Source: Octopus bimaculoides
Lineage: Eukaryota
Reading direction: 5' to 3'
Assembly (NCBI RefSeq): GCF_001194135.2
Contig: NC_068995.1
Coordinates: 50,557,610-50,621,609 of the forward strand
DNA length: 64,000 bases
Part shown: in pieces, positions 29,547 to 44,493 of the stretch
Position numbering within the stretch: position 1 is the first letter of the stretch
How the letters are laid out: the number at the start of each line of letters is the position of its first letter
Notes under the pieces: model-generated
Told to the model about the DNA's origin: nothing
Database searches by the model: none
The model's input: only the letters and a program-made list of their open reading frames with translations
Translations under genes and position numbers: made by a program

Positions 29547-30286
29547 TGTGTGAGTGTGTGTGTGTGTGTGTGAGTGTGTGTGAGTGTGTGTGCATATATA
29601 TATCTCAAGAAACAGACAAACACAACCATCATCATTTTGCATCTAGTTTCCACAGTGGTATGCCTAGGAGAGGGTTGCCACAGCAAAAACCAGAATATTT
29701 TCGATGAGGGCCAAATCATAGATAGGCTAGGGGGCGCTCATCTCACTTGCATTCTGTCTTAGCTTGCTTCTACAGCTGGCTGCCCTTCCTATCACCAACC
29801 ACTTTACAGAGTGTACTGGTGTGTTTTTCCTGACACTAAAAAACAAAAGAGGTATCATGCTCTCAACACAACTAACAGGGTCTCACAGATGCAGGTTTCC
29901 ACTGATTCTCTAGTCCAGGGGTTTTCAACCATTTTTTTGTCTATGGACCTCTTAGATTACTATTTCATTTTGGTTGACCCCCATAGCCATTTGATGTTTA
30001 AAATTAGTTTTATAGAAACTTCTTTCAAAATTCCTATTTTGTTTTCCCCGCATTAACTTGTGTAGGCTGAACAATGTAAAATGTTAGAGAAAGAAACCTG
30101 GCTGTTTCTTGCAATACATACCAATACATAGATCTAAAACAGGGGTTGTCAAGGAGCCCTTAAGGTACAATTGTGGATCCCCATTTACTATTGTGTTGTG
30201 TGAACCCCACAAATCTTATATGGACCTTCAAGGGCTATATGGACCCCATTTGAGTGCTCTAATGTCTTAACAGAGTGAGAAGCAAG

Positions 30287-30336
<50 letters not shown>

Positions 30337-31588
30337 AGTGCATCTATATCAAAACACATATACACAAATATACACACACACCTACATACATGTATAAAAA
30401 CACATACCTACATACATATACACATACCTACATACATATACACACTTACAGATGTATTTATACACACACACATACACAGTTGCTGAAATTAGCAGTGATA
30501 TGTATAGAACTGTAAAACTTTTGTTCCAATTGCTCATGGTCTGCTAAATATTTCAAAAAAACCTTTGTACAGTTGCTATGGCAACAGATGTGACCAGACA
30601 TATCTCCAGCCTCTCTAACCAATCAGAGCATGGACAATAATAACATGTAAGAAAGAAAAAAAAAAAAGAAAGAATAACTGAAATGATGATGATGATGATG
30701 ATGATTATGATGATGACAATGATTAGGAGAATGGAAACTGATGGTATGGCTTAAAATAATGGAGACGATAAGATGGAAAATGATAACGATGATAATGATG
30801 ATGATGATGATGACAATGATGATGAAAATTTTGATGATGAAAATGAAATGATGATGATGATGATGATAATTTTCCTTCAATAAGAAAACAGGCTTAATTA
30901 AATCCTGTGAATTAACCATAAAATATTCAATCTAAAAATACAAGAGAAGGAACCCTGTCACCATTGTTTCCCACTCAATGAAAAAAAAAACAGAAAAAAA
31001 AACACAACAATAAAGAACAAAAAACAAAAGCTGGGTATTATGAACTTACAATTCTTTTTATTGCAGGTGGGGGTGGTTGTAAGTCAGCTTTGAACTTGGA
31101 AGCTAGAATTTCAGCCATGGCGCTAACATTCACTTTGCTCTGAACTTCTCTCCTATCTTTTTTCATGTCTTCAAATCTCCAATTTGATGTTAATCGGTTG
31201 CTTATTTCATTAATAGGAAGTTTTGAATAGCTTTTTAACTCAACAGGGGCCCGATTCTGTAATAGTAATAATGAGGATGATAAAAACAACAATAATAATA
31301 ATAATAACAATCCTTTCTACTATAGACACAAGGCCTGAAATTTTGGTGGAAAGGATAAGTCAATTACATCGACCCCAGTGTTTCACTGGTACTTAATTTA
31401 TCGACTTCAAAATGATGAAAGGCAAAGTCGACCTCAGTGTAATTTGAACTCAGAACATGAAGACGGATGAAATACCACCAAGCATTTTGCCCAGCTTGCT
31501 AATGATTCTGCCAGCTTACTGCCTCAATAATAATAATAATAATAATGGTTTCAAATTTCGCCACAAGGACAGCGATTTCGCGGGAGGG

Positions 31589-31647
<59 letters not shown>

Positions 31648-31661
31648 GCAGTAATAATAGC

Positions 31662-31693
<32 letters not shown>

Positions 31694-34363
31694 GTAGTAG
31701 TAGTAGTAATAATGTCTACAAATTTTGGCATAATGCCAACAATTTTGCAGGGATTGAGTTGGTCAATAACATCAACCTCAGCACTCAACTAGAACTTGTT
31801 TTATCAACCATGAAAGAATGAAAAGCAAAGTTGACCCCAGGCAGAATTTGAACCCAGAACGTAACAAGTCAGAAGAAATGTCACAAAGCATTTTTCACCA
31901 ATGCTCTACCAATTCTGCCAGCTCACCACCTTAATTGTTTTAAGCTTTGGTACAAGGCCAGCAATTTAAGGGTTAGGGGTTAGTCAGTTACATCATCTCC
32001 AGTACTTGACTGGTATTTAACTAACCCTGGGAAGATAAAAGGCTAAAGTTGCCTGCAGCGTAATTTGAACTCATATTGAAAAATAAACTTTCTAATGCCA
32101 ATTTACCTCTTTCAGTTCGCCAGTGGCATGTCCAGTGCCAAAGGTTAAATGCTCGTCTTCTCGACTTCGGCTGAGCTGAAGAAGAAATGGAATATATATG
32201 GAAACAACTACAACACTAAAACAACAGCAGCAGCAAAGTAAAATCTCAATAAATACGAAATAAAATGAATAAGGTAATAAAAAAAAACAAAGAAACCAAA
32301 GGAATCCCTTTAATCCATCCAAAATCTTTCCATCCTTATTCATTTGTTTAATCCTGTAACAGGGATATAAAACCAAATCCTTGAATAAAGGGTTAGGCAT
32401 CACAAGCAAGCCACCAGTTTGACATGATTGGTCTATTAACCAATCAATCAACATGAAATAATGGCATGGACAAATTTTCTTGAACATTCTGGAACTTGAC
32501 TTCTGGTTCCCTATAACAACCATTTGGTTTGCAATTTTACCAGCCAGACAACCCACAGAGGCAACTAAGNNNNNNNNNNNNNNNNNNNNNNNNNNNNNNN
32601 NNNNNNNNNNNNNNNNNNNNNNNNNNNNNNNNNNNNNNNNNNNNNNNNNNNNNNNNNNNNNNNNNNNNNNNNNNNNNNNNNNNNNNNNNNNNNNNNNNNN
32701 NNNNNNNNNNNNNNNNNNNNNNNNNNNNNNNNNNNNNNNNNNNNNNNNNNNNNNNNNNNNNNNNNNNNNNNNNNNNNNNNNNNNNNNNNNNNNNNNNNNN
32801 NNNNNNNNNNNNNNNNNNNNNNNNNNNNNNNNNNNNNNNNNNNNNNNNNNNNNNNNNNNNNNNNNNNNNNNNNNNNNNNNNNNNNNNNNNNNNNNNNNNN
32901 NNNNNNNNNNNNNNNNNNNNNNNNNNNNNNNNNNNNNNNNNNNNNNNNNNNNNNNNNNNNNNNNNNNNNNNNNNNNNNNNNNNNNNNNNNNNNNNNNNNN
33001 NNNNNNNNNNNNNNNNNNNNNNNNNNNNNNNNNNNNNNNNNNNNNNNNNNNNNNNNNNNNNNNNNNNNNNNNNNNNNNNNNNNNNNNNNNNNNNNNNNNN
33101 NNNNNNNNNNNNNNNNNNNNNNNNNNNNNNNNNNNNNNNNNNNNNNNNNNNNNNNNNNNNNNNNNNNNNNNNNNNNNNNNNNNNNNNNNNNNNNNNNNNN
33201 NNNNNNNNNNNNNNNNNNNNNNNNNNNNNNNNNNNNNNNNNNNNNNNNNNNNNNNNNNNNNNNNNNNNNNNNNNTATATATATATATATATACCGGAGTA
33301 AGCAGAAATATAACAAAAAAAACGTTACTCTGAGTTTCACGTTCCCGTTCATTGGACAGTTGTCCGATGAACGGGAACGTGAAACTCAGAGTAACGGTTT
33401 CTTTGTTATATTTCTGCTGCTTTTAAATAAAGTATATATATATATATATGGTTGGCATATTTACTTTCTGTTCTACTCATGCATATTAAATGACAATAAT
33501 ACTTACTCTTTTGTGTTTAGAGAAGCGGTTGCTTATCTTCTGCAGAAGGGACAAACGATGAGATGGAGATCTGTATGGTTTTGGCCCTTCTTCTGGAGTG
33601 AGAGCAATATTTTCCACTGAAAAAAAGAAGAAAAGATGATAATGAGAAAGTAATACAAAAAATAATGAACAAACGTTCTATCGAATAAAAAAAATAATGT
33701 TCAAATTGCCACAGTTATATGTGTTTGCGTGTGTATATACATGTATTTGCAAGTGTATGTGTGTATGTATGTGTTTATATATGCATAAGGCACCTACTAC
33801 ACTCTTGGAGTGATTGGCATTAGGAAGGGAATCCAGCTGTAGAAACCATGCCAAAATCAGACTGGAATCTATTACAGATTTCTGGCTTGCCATTCCTAAT
33901 CAAACTGTCTAACCCATGTGAGACTGGAAAACAGATGCTAAATATGTGTGCGTGTGCACACACACACACACATATATATATATATNNNNNNNNNNNNNNN
34001 NNNNNNNNNNNNNNNNNNNNNNNNNNNNNNNNNNNNNNNNNNNNNNNNNNNNNNNNNNNNNNNNNNNNNNNNNNNNNNNNNNNNNNNNNNNNNNNNNNNN
34101 NNNNNNNNNNNNNNNNNNNNNNNNNNNNNNNNNNNATCTTATATATATATATGTATGCACAGATATATATGTATGTAAGTACATATATACACACATATAT
34201 GCATATACATATATATGCACATGTGTATACATGTATATGCATACATACATATATATACATGTGCATATACACATGCATATACATATGCATATATATATAT
34301 ACATGCATATGCATATATATACATGTCTATGCACACATATGCCTCTACATATATAGATACACC

Positions 34364-34405
<42 letters not shown>

Positions 34406-34531
34406 CATATACACATATATAGTTAGCATCTATATGCATAAACACACAGACACGTTTTTAGATGTAAATCATTGTCACTTAAATGAGCAGCCAAAGAGTG
34501 AATCAGCACCTGTTTCGAACACAATATATGT

Positions 34532-34566
<35 letters not shown>

Positions 34567-34583
34567 GCACACACACACATATG

Positions 34584-34622
<39 letters not shown>

Positions 34623-34868
34623 TTGCCAATATAAATGCATCATCATCATCATTTTAACTTTCACTTTTCCATGCTTATATACACATACACACACATATAT
34701 ATATATATACACATACACAAACACACATATATGTAAAGATGTGTGTATATGTATGTGTGTGTGTGTAGATGTATTCATGTATGTAGGTATGTGTTTGTGT
34801 GTGCATTCATGTGCATAATGATCGATAGAAGGATACTAGTTTATGATAATCAGAGAGGGCAACAATAG

Positions 34869-34902
<34 letters not shown>

Positions 34903-35683
34903 GTTAGTGATGACTCACAAGTTAAATGAAGCTAATGCATTGTTTTATTAAAGCCGGTGTTTGTGTCGCCATTGGTGGTGTTATACCTTTCTAAGTGTGA
35001 AACCATGTCAACACATATCCAGAGTGACTCATGCATACAGTTCAATCATGCATGGACAACCACCTGAAGCACGTGAACGATGTGAGATACCAACAGATGT
35101 TGGGATGTGTGCCACTTTTTTCACATAGTCTCGCTTCATATCGATTCTCCTAGCTGTTTGCATCTCAAACACATGTGAACCAGGTAAAGGCTACTGGTCT
35201 CTGGACCTTCCAGTTAAGCAACTCAGAGTCCCGAGATGTAGAAGTCAGTCACATGTGCTACTAATATAAACCTGTAATAATTTAAATTAAATACCAAGTA
35301 TTCTAACAGAAGCCTAAGAACTCTGTACAGAATACAGTGCCCTTTCCCCTATGATATATAATGTTATAGAAAAAAAAAAGGTAAGCCAATAAGGGAACGT
35401 CTACATGGTAACTAGACTTGCTAAAAATAACTGCTAAAATTTTCTTTCAAACCATTCTTTTATTCTTTTACTTGTTTCAGTCATTTGACTGCAGCCATGC
35501 TGGAGCACCATCTTGAAGAGGTTTAGTCGAACAAATTGACTCTAGGACTATTTTTTTTTAAAGCCTAGTACTTATTCTATCAGTCTATTTTGTTGAACTG
35601 CTAAATTATGGGGATGAAAACACACCAACACCAATTGTCAAGTGGTGATGGGGGGACAAACACAGACACAAAGACACACATAT

Positions 35684-35730
<47 letters not shown>

Positions 35731-38700
35731 ACTTCTTTCAGTTTCTATCTACCAAATCCATTCACATGGCTTTGATCAGCCCGAGGCTATAGCAGAAGAC
35801 ACTTGCCCAAGATGCCATGCAGTGGGACTGAACCTGGAACCTTGTGGTTAGCTGTATTTCAATTTAAAAAAAAAAAAAAAANNNNNNNNNNNNNNNNNNN
35901 NNNNNNNNNNNNNNNNNNNNNNNNNNNNNNNNNNNNNNNNNNNGAAAGGCAAAGTTGACTGTGGTAGGATTTGATCTCAAAACCTAAAGATCTATAAAAA
36001 CTGCAGCTGGGCATTCTTACCACACTCAAATGGTTCAGCCAATCCACATATCAGGAGTAATAAAAACATACTGTTTCATGGATACAGTTCAAAATATGAT
36101 TAAACTATTTAGAGAAATACAGATTTGCTAATATTTGGTACTCCACATAAAAACACGATGATGATGATTTTCACTACCTTACAGGGGATGGGTGCTCACT
36201 GGTTTGGAACCAATGCTCTAGATTATTGCTTGCATCTGCACCTAATTATAGGGTTCCACCTTTGTTGAATCAGTGAAGCATGAAGAATAACAAATAAAAA
36301 TTAATGGATCATACAATGTTCTGATTGACGAGTTTCACTATTTCTACAGCAACACATTTTAACATTTTTACAAGGATATAGTATTAAGCGAACAGTGTTA
36401 GGAATTTAAGCCATTCCTACATAGAATGTGGTACGTACGTTTTGGATGTTTTTCTTTCTTGAAAATAACATAGAACTGAGAGAGATAGGAAACCATGGCA
36501 AGTTTGTCAGGCACATCACACTCGGCCATCTCTTGCCCAGTCATCACAGGTGAGATACCAAATTCTTTTTCGGCTAAATCAAAAGCCTGCACAAAAAGGA
36601 AAAGAGTGAGAATGGTAATTATAACAAAAAATTTAAAAAATAAAAAAAATAAAAACATGAATAAAATAAAATAACGAATAAATAAATAGACAGAACTTAA
36701 AAACATAAATCAAAATAAATAAATGTTTGCTTTATTTGTTTAGTTGTTTTATGAAATTCATATTTAAAATTCTTGTGTTGCAATATTTCTTTGGTAAATA
36801 GTTTGATCTAGGACTGTGTGTTGGGATTGAAATAAGTAGAGTTATTGTAATTACTAAAACATACACATGTTATTATTTACATCTGATGGATATTCGTCCT
36901 CATCTTGTTTATTGTTAACACAATGTTTCGGCTGATATACCCTCCAGGTTTCATCAGGTGTCTTGGGGAAATTTCAAACCTGGGTTCTCATTCCTAAGGT
37001 ATTTTTTGATGTTGTTGTTGTTGTTATTATTTATTATTATTATTATTATTATCATTATTATTATTATTATTATTCAGGTCACTGCTTGGAATCAAACTCG
37101 GAATCTTGGGATTAGTAGCTTGCACTCTTAACCACTACGCCATATGCTCGTATTATATTCACTTTATTATATTATTGTTATTTTGTAAACAATTGCAGCG
37201 TGGAAGGTGTTTATAAGCCATTTAAAATAACACACAAAAACAGTAAAACTTTGACACTCACAAGCTGATTGTTCTTTACCACCTCGGATTTGTTGAGGCT
37301 ATTAAAATCACTAGAAATAGAAATCAAAGAAAAAGTATTATTATTTCTCAATTCACGTGATATTTTGGTGTGGACTGTGGCCATGCCAGGGCACTGCCTT
37401 AAAGAATCTAGATGAACAATTTGACCCAGGACAAGTTTTTTAAGTCTGGTACTTAGACTATCATTCTCTTTAGCCAAACCACTAAGTTATGGAGACTGTC
37501 AAGGAGTGGTGGGGACAAGCACACTTACAGGTGTAGGAAGAAAGCTAGCTTCAAGCAATTCGTAGTAAATATATAAAAAAACAACTTTCAGGGACAATTG
37601 TGGTTTATTGACACAGAAGGTTGTGGATTTTTTTCATATCGAAGTACAATAAACTCAAAAACGTTCTTTTTATATTTCACGGTAGGTGACCAGGGTTGTA
37701 GGGTGTGCAAATACAAATACAAGAGTGAAGGAATGGAGTAGATAAGATCCGGGCTCCAGGCTACATATGTTTCATAGCAAGCGGAACTTCAGAAGTGGTA
37801 AGTATCCAAGCGAGGTGTATACTGTAAGCTACTCTTCAGGCCAAGGATATCTTGATTAAATGAAAGTTCACATTGTTGCAGGGTGTTGGAAAGTTCCTGG
37901 CTTTAACCCATATATGCCCATAAAAAATTTCACTGTATTTACATTAAATGTTATGGTAAGATTTCACAATCTGGAAGAGAAGGACAGTATGCAATTATTC
38001 ACTACAGGTGTCGACTACCTACTGAACATTTCGTATGATCAATCAGGCGCTTCCTGGCAAGATCATGTCCAGACAAGTAGGAGCAGGTTTTGCATTGCGA
38101 AAACGCAACCGGGGGTATATATGGGTTAAGGATATTGTGAAAGCTCTGATTGGAGGCCCAACTTTCTCAGTTCTTTTACAGGGCTTAGAAAAACCAAGGA
38201 CCGCTGCAATAAGTGTATGAATCTAAGAAGGGAATATGTTGGATAAAATCATAATTAACTGATCCTCCTGTATTTTCTTTTACCCATAGTCAGGAATTTT
38301 TCAGCCCCACCTCGTATATACAATGGGCTTCCACAGTTTCCATCTACCAAATTCACTCCCAAGCCATTGACTGCTATAATCACTAATTNNNNNNNNNNAC
38401 TTTCTCAGTTCTTTTACAGGGCTTAGAAAAACCAAGGACCGCTGCAATAAGTGTATGAATCTAAGAAGGGAATATGTTGGATAAAATCATAATTAACTGA
38501 TCCTCCTGTATTTTCTTTTACCCATAGTCAGGAATTTTTCAGCCCCACCTCGTATATACAATGGGCTTCCACAGTTTCCATCTACCAAATTCACTCCCAA
38601 GCCATTGACTGCTATAATCACTAATTGGTGGAAAGATTCGGGAGTGCTGAAGAAAAATGGGAGTGTTAATGGGGTGGCCAAAAGGGATCAATAGATATAA

Positions 38701-39270
38701 AAAAAAAAAAGCAACAAAATAATGGGTTAAATTAAGTTAAGTTTTATTTGTGAAATATATTTGTTTTGAATTTACTGCACACAGTGATCAGTGTTTATGG
38801 TAGCAAGTAGAGGGGAATGTGACTCAAGTGGAGGGGAATATGGCTCAAGTGGAGGGGAATGTGGCTCAAGTGCCAAGGAGGCGGAAGCCTGAAAAAATTT
38901 GGGAACCATTGAGTTAAACCCTTCAAGGCAGTGCCTCAGCACAATTGCAATCCACTAACTGAAACAAGGGAAAGAAAAGAGAAGACGATAAATAGATGGG
39001 AGCACAAAGTGTATACTTACATGAGATCAGGTCTGAATGTATGTATAAGGGCACACAGTGCCAACCCAGACTTCCAAGAGGAAGTAAAATCTATAATATT
39101 TACAGACTGGTGTCTACCAGTGTTGAGCACACGCTGGCACCATCGTAGCAATGTGTAGCTGTCAATAAAATCATCTGAAATAACAAAGACAAAACATACT
39201 CTAGAATTAACAATAGACACTTCATTTTACCTAAGTAGGTTTAGATTTAGATGTGTGTGTGAGTGTGTAC

Positions 39271-39306
<36 letters not shown>

Positions 39307-42300
39307 CTTTGCCTTCTTGAGATAAGTCTAAACAAATTATGAAAAATATGTATTTTTTTAAATGTAAAATACATAATTGTATTGTATAGCTCAATTAGAT
39401 TGTATTTGATTGAATGCTTATCTATCTATCTATCTGTATACACACACACACACAATGTGATGTGTGCCAGTATGCATGCGTACATCCCCACCAATCCTTT
39501 TTTACATATTAAATTATGATAAAATTGTTATCTACACTATTTGAGAAGTATTTGTTGAACATTTCATTAAAAGATATCCATTTGTCTGAAAGTCATGAGA
39601 AAACAAAGTCGGACGGATTACACTTGTGTAAGTACATCTATACATAAAATATTGGATAAGGTGTTAGATCTGTCTAAATAAAATACAGAATGGTCACTGC
39701 TGAAACACCTATGATCACTAGTTTACAAGATCAGAATTAACTCTGGGCTAAATAACACCAACAACCAAAACAGGCTTCTCCGTCTGCACACCTATTGTTG
39801 ATCTTACTTGCTGTGCTTATTTCTATTTGAACCTGCCAACTCGTTATACCTGTTTTCCCTCTAAGTCACATTTGCTCTCATTTCCACCAAAATCTGGTGG
39901 TTGTACCGGATTGCATCAGTTACTTCAATCTATAAATTTGTACTCTTCACCCCCCCCTTCTCTCTACTTCTTAATCCTCATACTGTATTTATCACCCACC
40001 ATACCTGAATTTTGCAATAAACATAACATTTACTTCTTCGGCTTTGTCCCAAAGACCAAGTGATCTGAAAGAACCCACCTCTTTAACTTTGTGTCCCCAC
40101 TAACAATACTCTACCCTAGTGTATTCCACAAACGTTTGTAACCTTAACACAACCTTCAAATATATTCAAAGAGGGTCTTTTGAATTACCAGTAGAAACTT
40201 CCAGCTGTAGAAACTTCCAGCTGTAGAAACTCTGCCAAATCAGATTGGAGCCTGGTGTAGCCATCTGGTTTCACCAGTCCTCAGTCAAATCGTCCAACCC
40301 ATGCTAGCATGGAAAGCGGACGTTAAACGACGACGACGACGACGACGACGAATGCATATATCATCATCATCAACATAGTTATTGTTGTTTTTACACTCAC
40401 ATTTCTACAGTGGCATAGGTTAGATGGAACTTGTTGAGGCATTCTTTTATGGCATGGTGTCTACAGCTGGATGACCTACCTAACACTAACCATTTCACAG
40501 AGTGTACTGGGTGCTTTTTACGTGGCATCATGTAAATAAAATAAAAATATAAAAAAATATATCATTTCCCATATTTACCATTTCGCGGCTTCTTGAGTGG
40601 AAGCTCGTTTATTTCATTCTTTAGATATTCATCTTCCTCATCACATATATACAATGGACGAACTTGTTCAGATCTAAAATAATTTGAATTTAGATTGGGG
40701 TACCTAGAAAAAGAAAGAGAAAATAAAGCATTTATATTATATACACACACACAATAATGTCTACCAACACAATATGATTATAATGAAGATCTATGTGACT
40801 TTTGTATACATACTTCTCTTTCACTTTCTTTCTTTCTCTCAGTCAGCCTCTCTTTCTCTCTCTCTCTCTCTCCCCACACACACATGCACATCTACATGTG
40901 CAAGAAAGGGATGAAATAAGTTATAAATCCATTAGGATGTTGGCAAATCCCTTGAAGATTATCTTCCTGCCCAGGATCTAATAAAAACTCATCCTTTACT
41001 AAGTCATATCTCATGGGACCTATTTTTCAACACGGTACCACAAACTACAAAGTTGCATTCTCACTTCACCAACAAAAGCCAACAATCGATTTAACGTCTG
41101 ATTACTTTTTCCTTCCTATTTTTAATCTTGCATGAATGGAACATTTTAATCTTTACCTTTTATCTTTTGTGTATTTCAGTCATTGGACTGTGGCCATGCT
41201 AGAGCACCATCAAATAACTTGATCCCAGTACTTATTTTAAAATTTAGTATTTATTCTTTTGGTCTCATTTGCCAAACTAACTTATGGGGATGTAAACAAA
41301 CCAAGCAGTGAGGTGGACAAACACAAAGACACACATACATATATATGCATGTATGTGGTAGGCTTCCACATTCTGTCTGCCAAATTCACACACAAGGTAT
41401 TTGGTCAACCCAGGACTATAGCAGAAGATAGTTGCCCCAAGGTACCACCCAGTGGGACTGAACCCAAAGCCATGCAGTTGCAAAGCAAGCTTCTTAATCA
41501 CACAACCATGTCTGTACTTACACACATCAAATCTAAAGTGAATTTCATAAAAACAATTTCTGCAAATAGGTCTTTTAAAATATAGAAAGGATGCTGGCTA
41601 AACTTACCTGGCTAAATAATAACTGATTTCAAATTTTGATACAAGACCAGCAAGTTCAGTAAAGGGAGAAAGTTGATTACGTTGACCCCAGTACTCAACT
41701 GGTATGTATTTTATCGACCACAAAAGCATGAAAGACAAAGTCAACCTCAGTGGAATTTGAACTCAAATGGATGACATACATTAAGTACTACTATCCCTTC
41801 TCTCTATCATCCCTGCAGCATTTATGGTATCTTCCTTCTATAAACTGCAGTTATATTCATGCAAGATATTCATTTAGAATAATGCATTTGTTTACATTAT
41901 TATTTTCTAGAGAAAAGAAATCGCTTTCCTGCCTGTTTCCATCATGGGCTGACCAATTATCAATAAATAGCAAGAGACATAATCTGCACTGATATTATTG
42001 AATTTAGGTCACGGGAGAACTTGTGCAGGTTAAGCATGCAGCTGTAACCCTTTGGGGAAATAAGCAATCAAAAACATTAATTAAATAACTTCTCTTGTCT
42101 GTTATAGAAAGGGAAATAGTAGATAAATGTATGTTTTGCATCAGAAACAAAGTGAAAGAGTGCATCAACAAAAAGTAAACTGAGATTTCAAACAGCCAAC
42201 TAGTATCATGGAAATATTAGGGAATATTTATTGGTGTTTTTTCATATTTTTTGCTAGTCAGATATTGATGGGTAGTACTACTACACATGACCTTTTTAAC

Positions 42301-43376
42301 CTTTCTAGATTGCAGATGCCTATCCTGAATGTCTACTGGCCAATGTCTGCCTGAATAAAAAAATACTGATGGAGAGGAAAGTCGGAAGAATAGAACTGGG
42401 TCTGGTCTGCAAAATCTGCAACAGAGTAAATTCTGCTAAGGACACACAAGAAAAGGGCAGCATTTTGAGTCTGTTAATCTGGTAGAAACTAACAGTCAGC
42501 TAAAGTAAGATAACACTGAAACCATTCAGGGCCCTTGCAGGAAACTACACCACCACACACTACATTAAACTCTACCCCAGGGTTTCCCAACCCCTAAGCT
42601 GAGGACCAGTACTGAGCTACAGAGAAAGAATAAATTCTTCTGGTTTCTGTGTGTGTGTGTGTGTGCAATATAAATACAAAGCTTCACATACCTAGTGTTG
42701 GGGTCAATTGTGTATGCATTATAGTTCTTGTTGATATTCTCTGGCTTTGTCTGAGAGAGTAATCGGTAGATGCTCTCGCGCTCAGCTATTACTTGCAGTG
42801 GAGTCAATTTTCCTCCTGCCCAGCTTCGGATCATCCAAGCTGAATCAAGGGCACTTAGAAATCCACGTGCACAACCAGATCCAGTCGGCCAGAAAGGCTG
42901 AAAAAAATAGTTTGTAAGAGGAAGTTAAGGACAATTAGAAATATAATAATAATATACGTAATATATTGTATCTTTTATCTGTTTCAGTTGTTAGATCACG
43001 GCCATGATGGGGCACTTCTTTGAAGAATTTTAGTCAAATGAATCGACCCTGGTACTTATTTGTTTTTTTAAGCCTGGTCTCTTTTGCCAAACCCTTCAAT
43101 ATGGAAATGCCAACACACCAACAAACATAGACACAATGACACACAAACCCACGTGCCCCCACCCCACCCATATATGTATGTGTGATGGTCTTTTTTTCAC
43201 ATGTAACACACACACACACACACACAAATAAGAGTTTATAATCCAATATGTCCCTTTTTTCTCATAGAGCAAAAAGAAGCATTTTCAAGAAGATTTGGTT
43301 GCTATTTCATGGAGATCATGTGACCACATAGAGACAACTTGTTTGTTTCTTTGTTGGAACAAATAAGGCTTATATG

Positions 43377-43420
<44 letters not shown>

Positions 43421-44301
43421 TAGACAGACAAGTTTAAAATTATACAACTTTCACATATACATGTAACTGAAATGGAAACAAGATGCAGAGGGCAAAAAGT
43501 TTCAAACCAAGCAGAGCAAATTCATTCACTCATAGCAACTCACCTCCAATAGACTATCTCCAACTAACGCCATAATCATTTTATGATTATGTTTACTTAA
43601 AATTCGACATGCGTTTTCTGCTTGAAAAAGGGAAGTAAAATCGAACATGGCCACATCTGCTTGCCCGTAATGGTTGACCGCATAATCCATGTGAGGCAGC
43701 TGGTGGTTTGTAGAAAAATCAGCTGCTTCTCTGGCATAAGATAATAATGCTTCTTGGTCAACGTTGGACCGTGACAAGAGTGAACCAGTGTCAGAGTAAT
43801 CCTGGGAAAGATGGGAGAAAATATATACAATTACTAAAAAATAATTAATAGTGACAGAAGCAGTATTAATGCCAAAGGGTAATATTTATCCCCACTTAAA
43901 AGTGGAAGGTTGTATCAGAACACTATGCTGTGATAGTTACCACGAGGGAACCTTGCATATGGTTTTGTGGAGCAGATAAAAGAGAATGCTTATATGCACT
44001 ACAAGTCCACATGAGAGGTTTTCTCATGGTAACCGTCACAGTTTTCTGTGTTCTGACACAACATCCACTTTTAAGCGGGGATAAATAACAATTATTATTG
44101 GCGTCATAAGAGTTTATAAACATAGAGAGAACAGGAAATAATTCTTTTTTGGAAAGGTGGAATTCAACACAGATAAAGCTTTCCAAGCAAGGTAATATTT
44201 CCCCGATGACCAGACATGTTTTCATGGAGGATTGGGCAACAAACAAACACTGCTTGTATGATGGTGATGCTAATTTGCAACTATCACACAATATAAATAT
44301 A

Positions 44302-44350
<49 letters not shown>

Positions 44351-44456
44351 AGTAAAGGTAATAAACCTCATTAAAGGATTATAAATCCAATGAAAATACT
44401 GGTTAGTTACCAATCTATAGAAAGATCAACTATACTGTAACCGTATGAACTGTAGT

Positions 44457-44493
<37 letters not shown>

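Noticed and set aside
38161-38626. Exact 228-bp tandem duplication (38161-38388 = 38399-38626)
   Set aside because: The copies are identical and separated by a 10-N gap: an unmerged contig overlap (assembly artefact).
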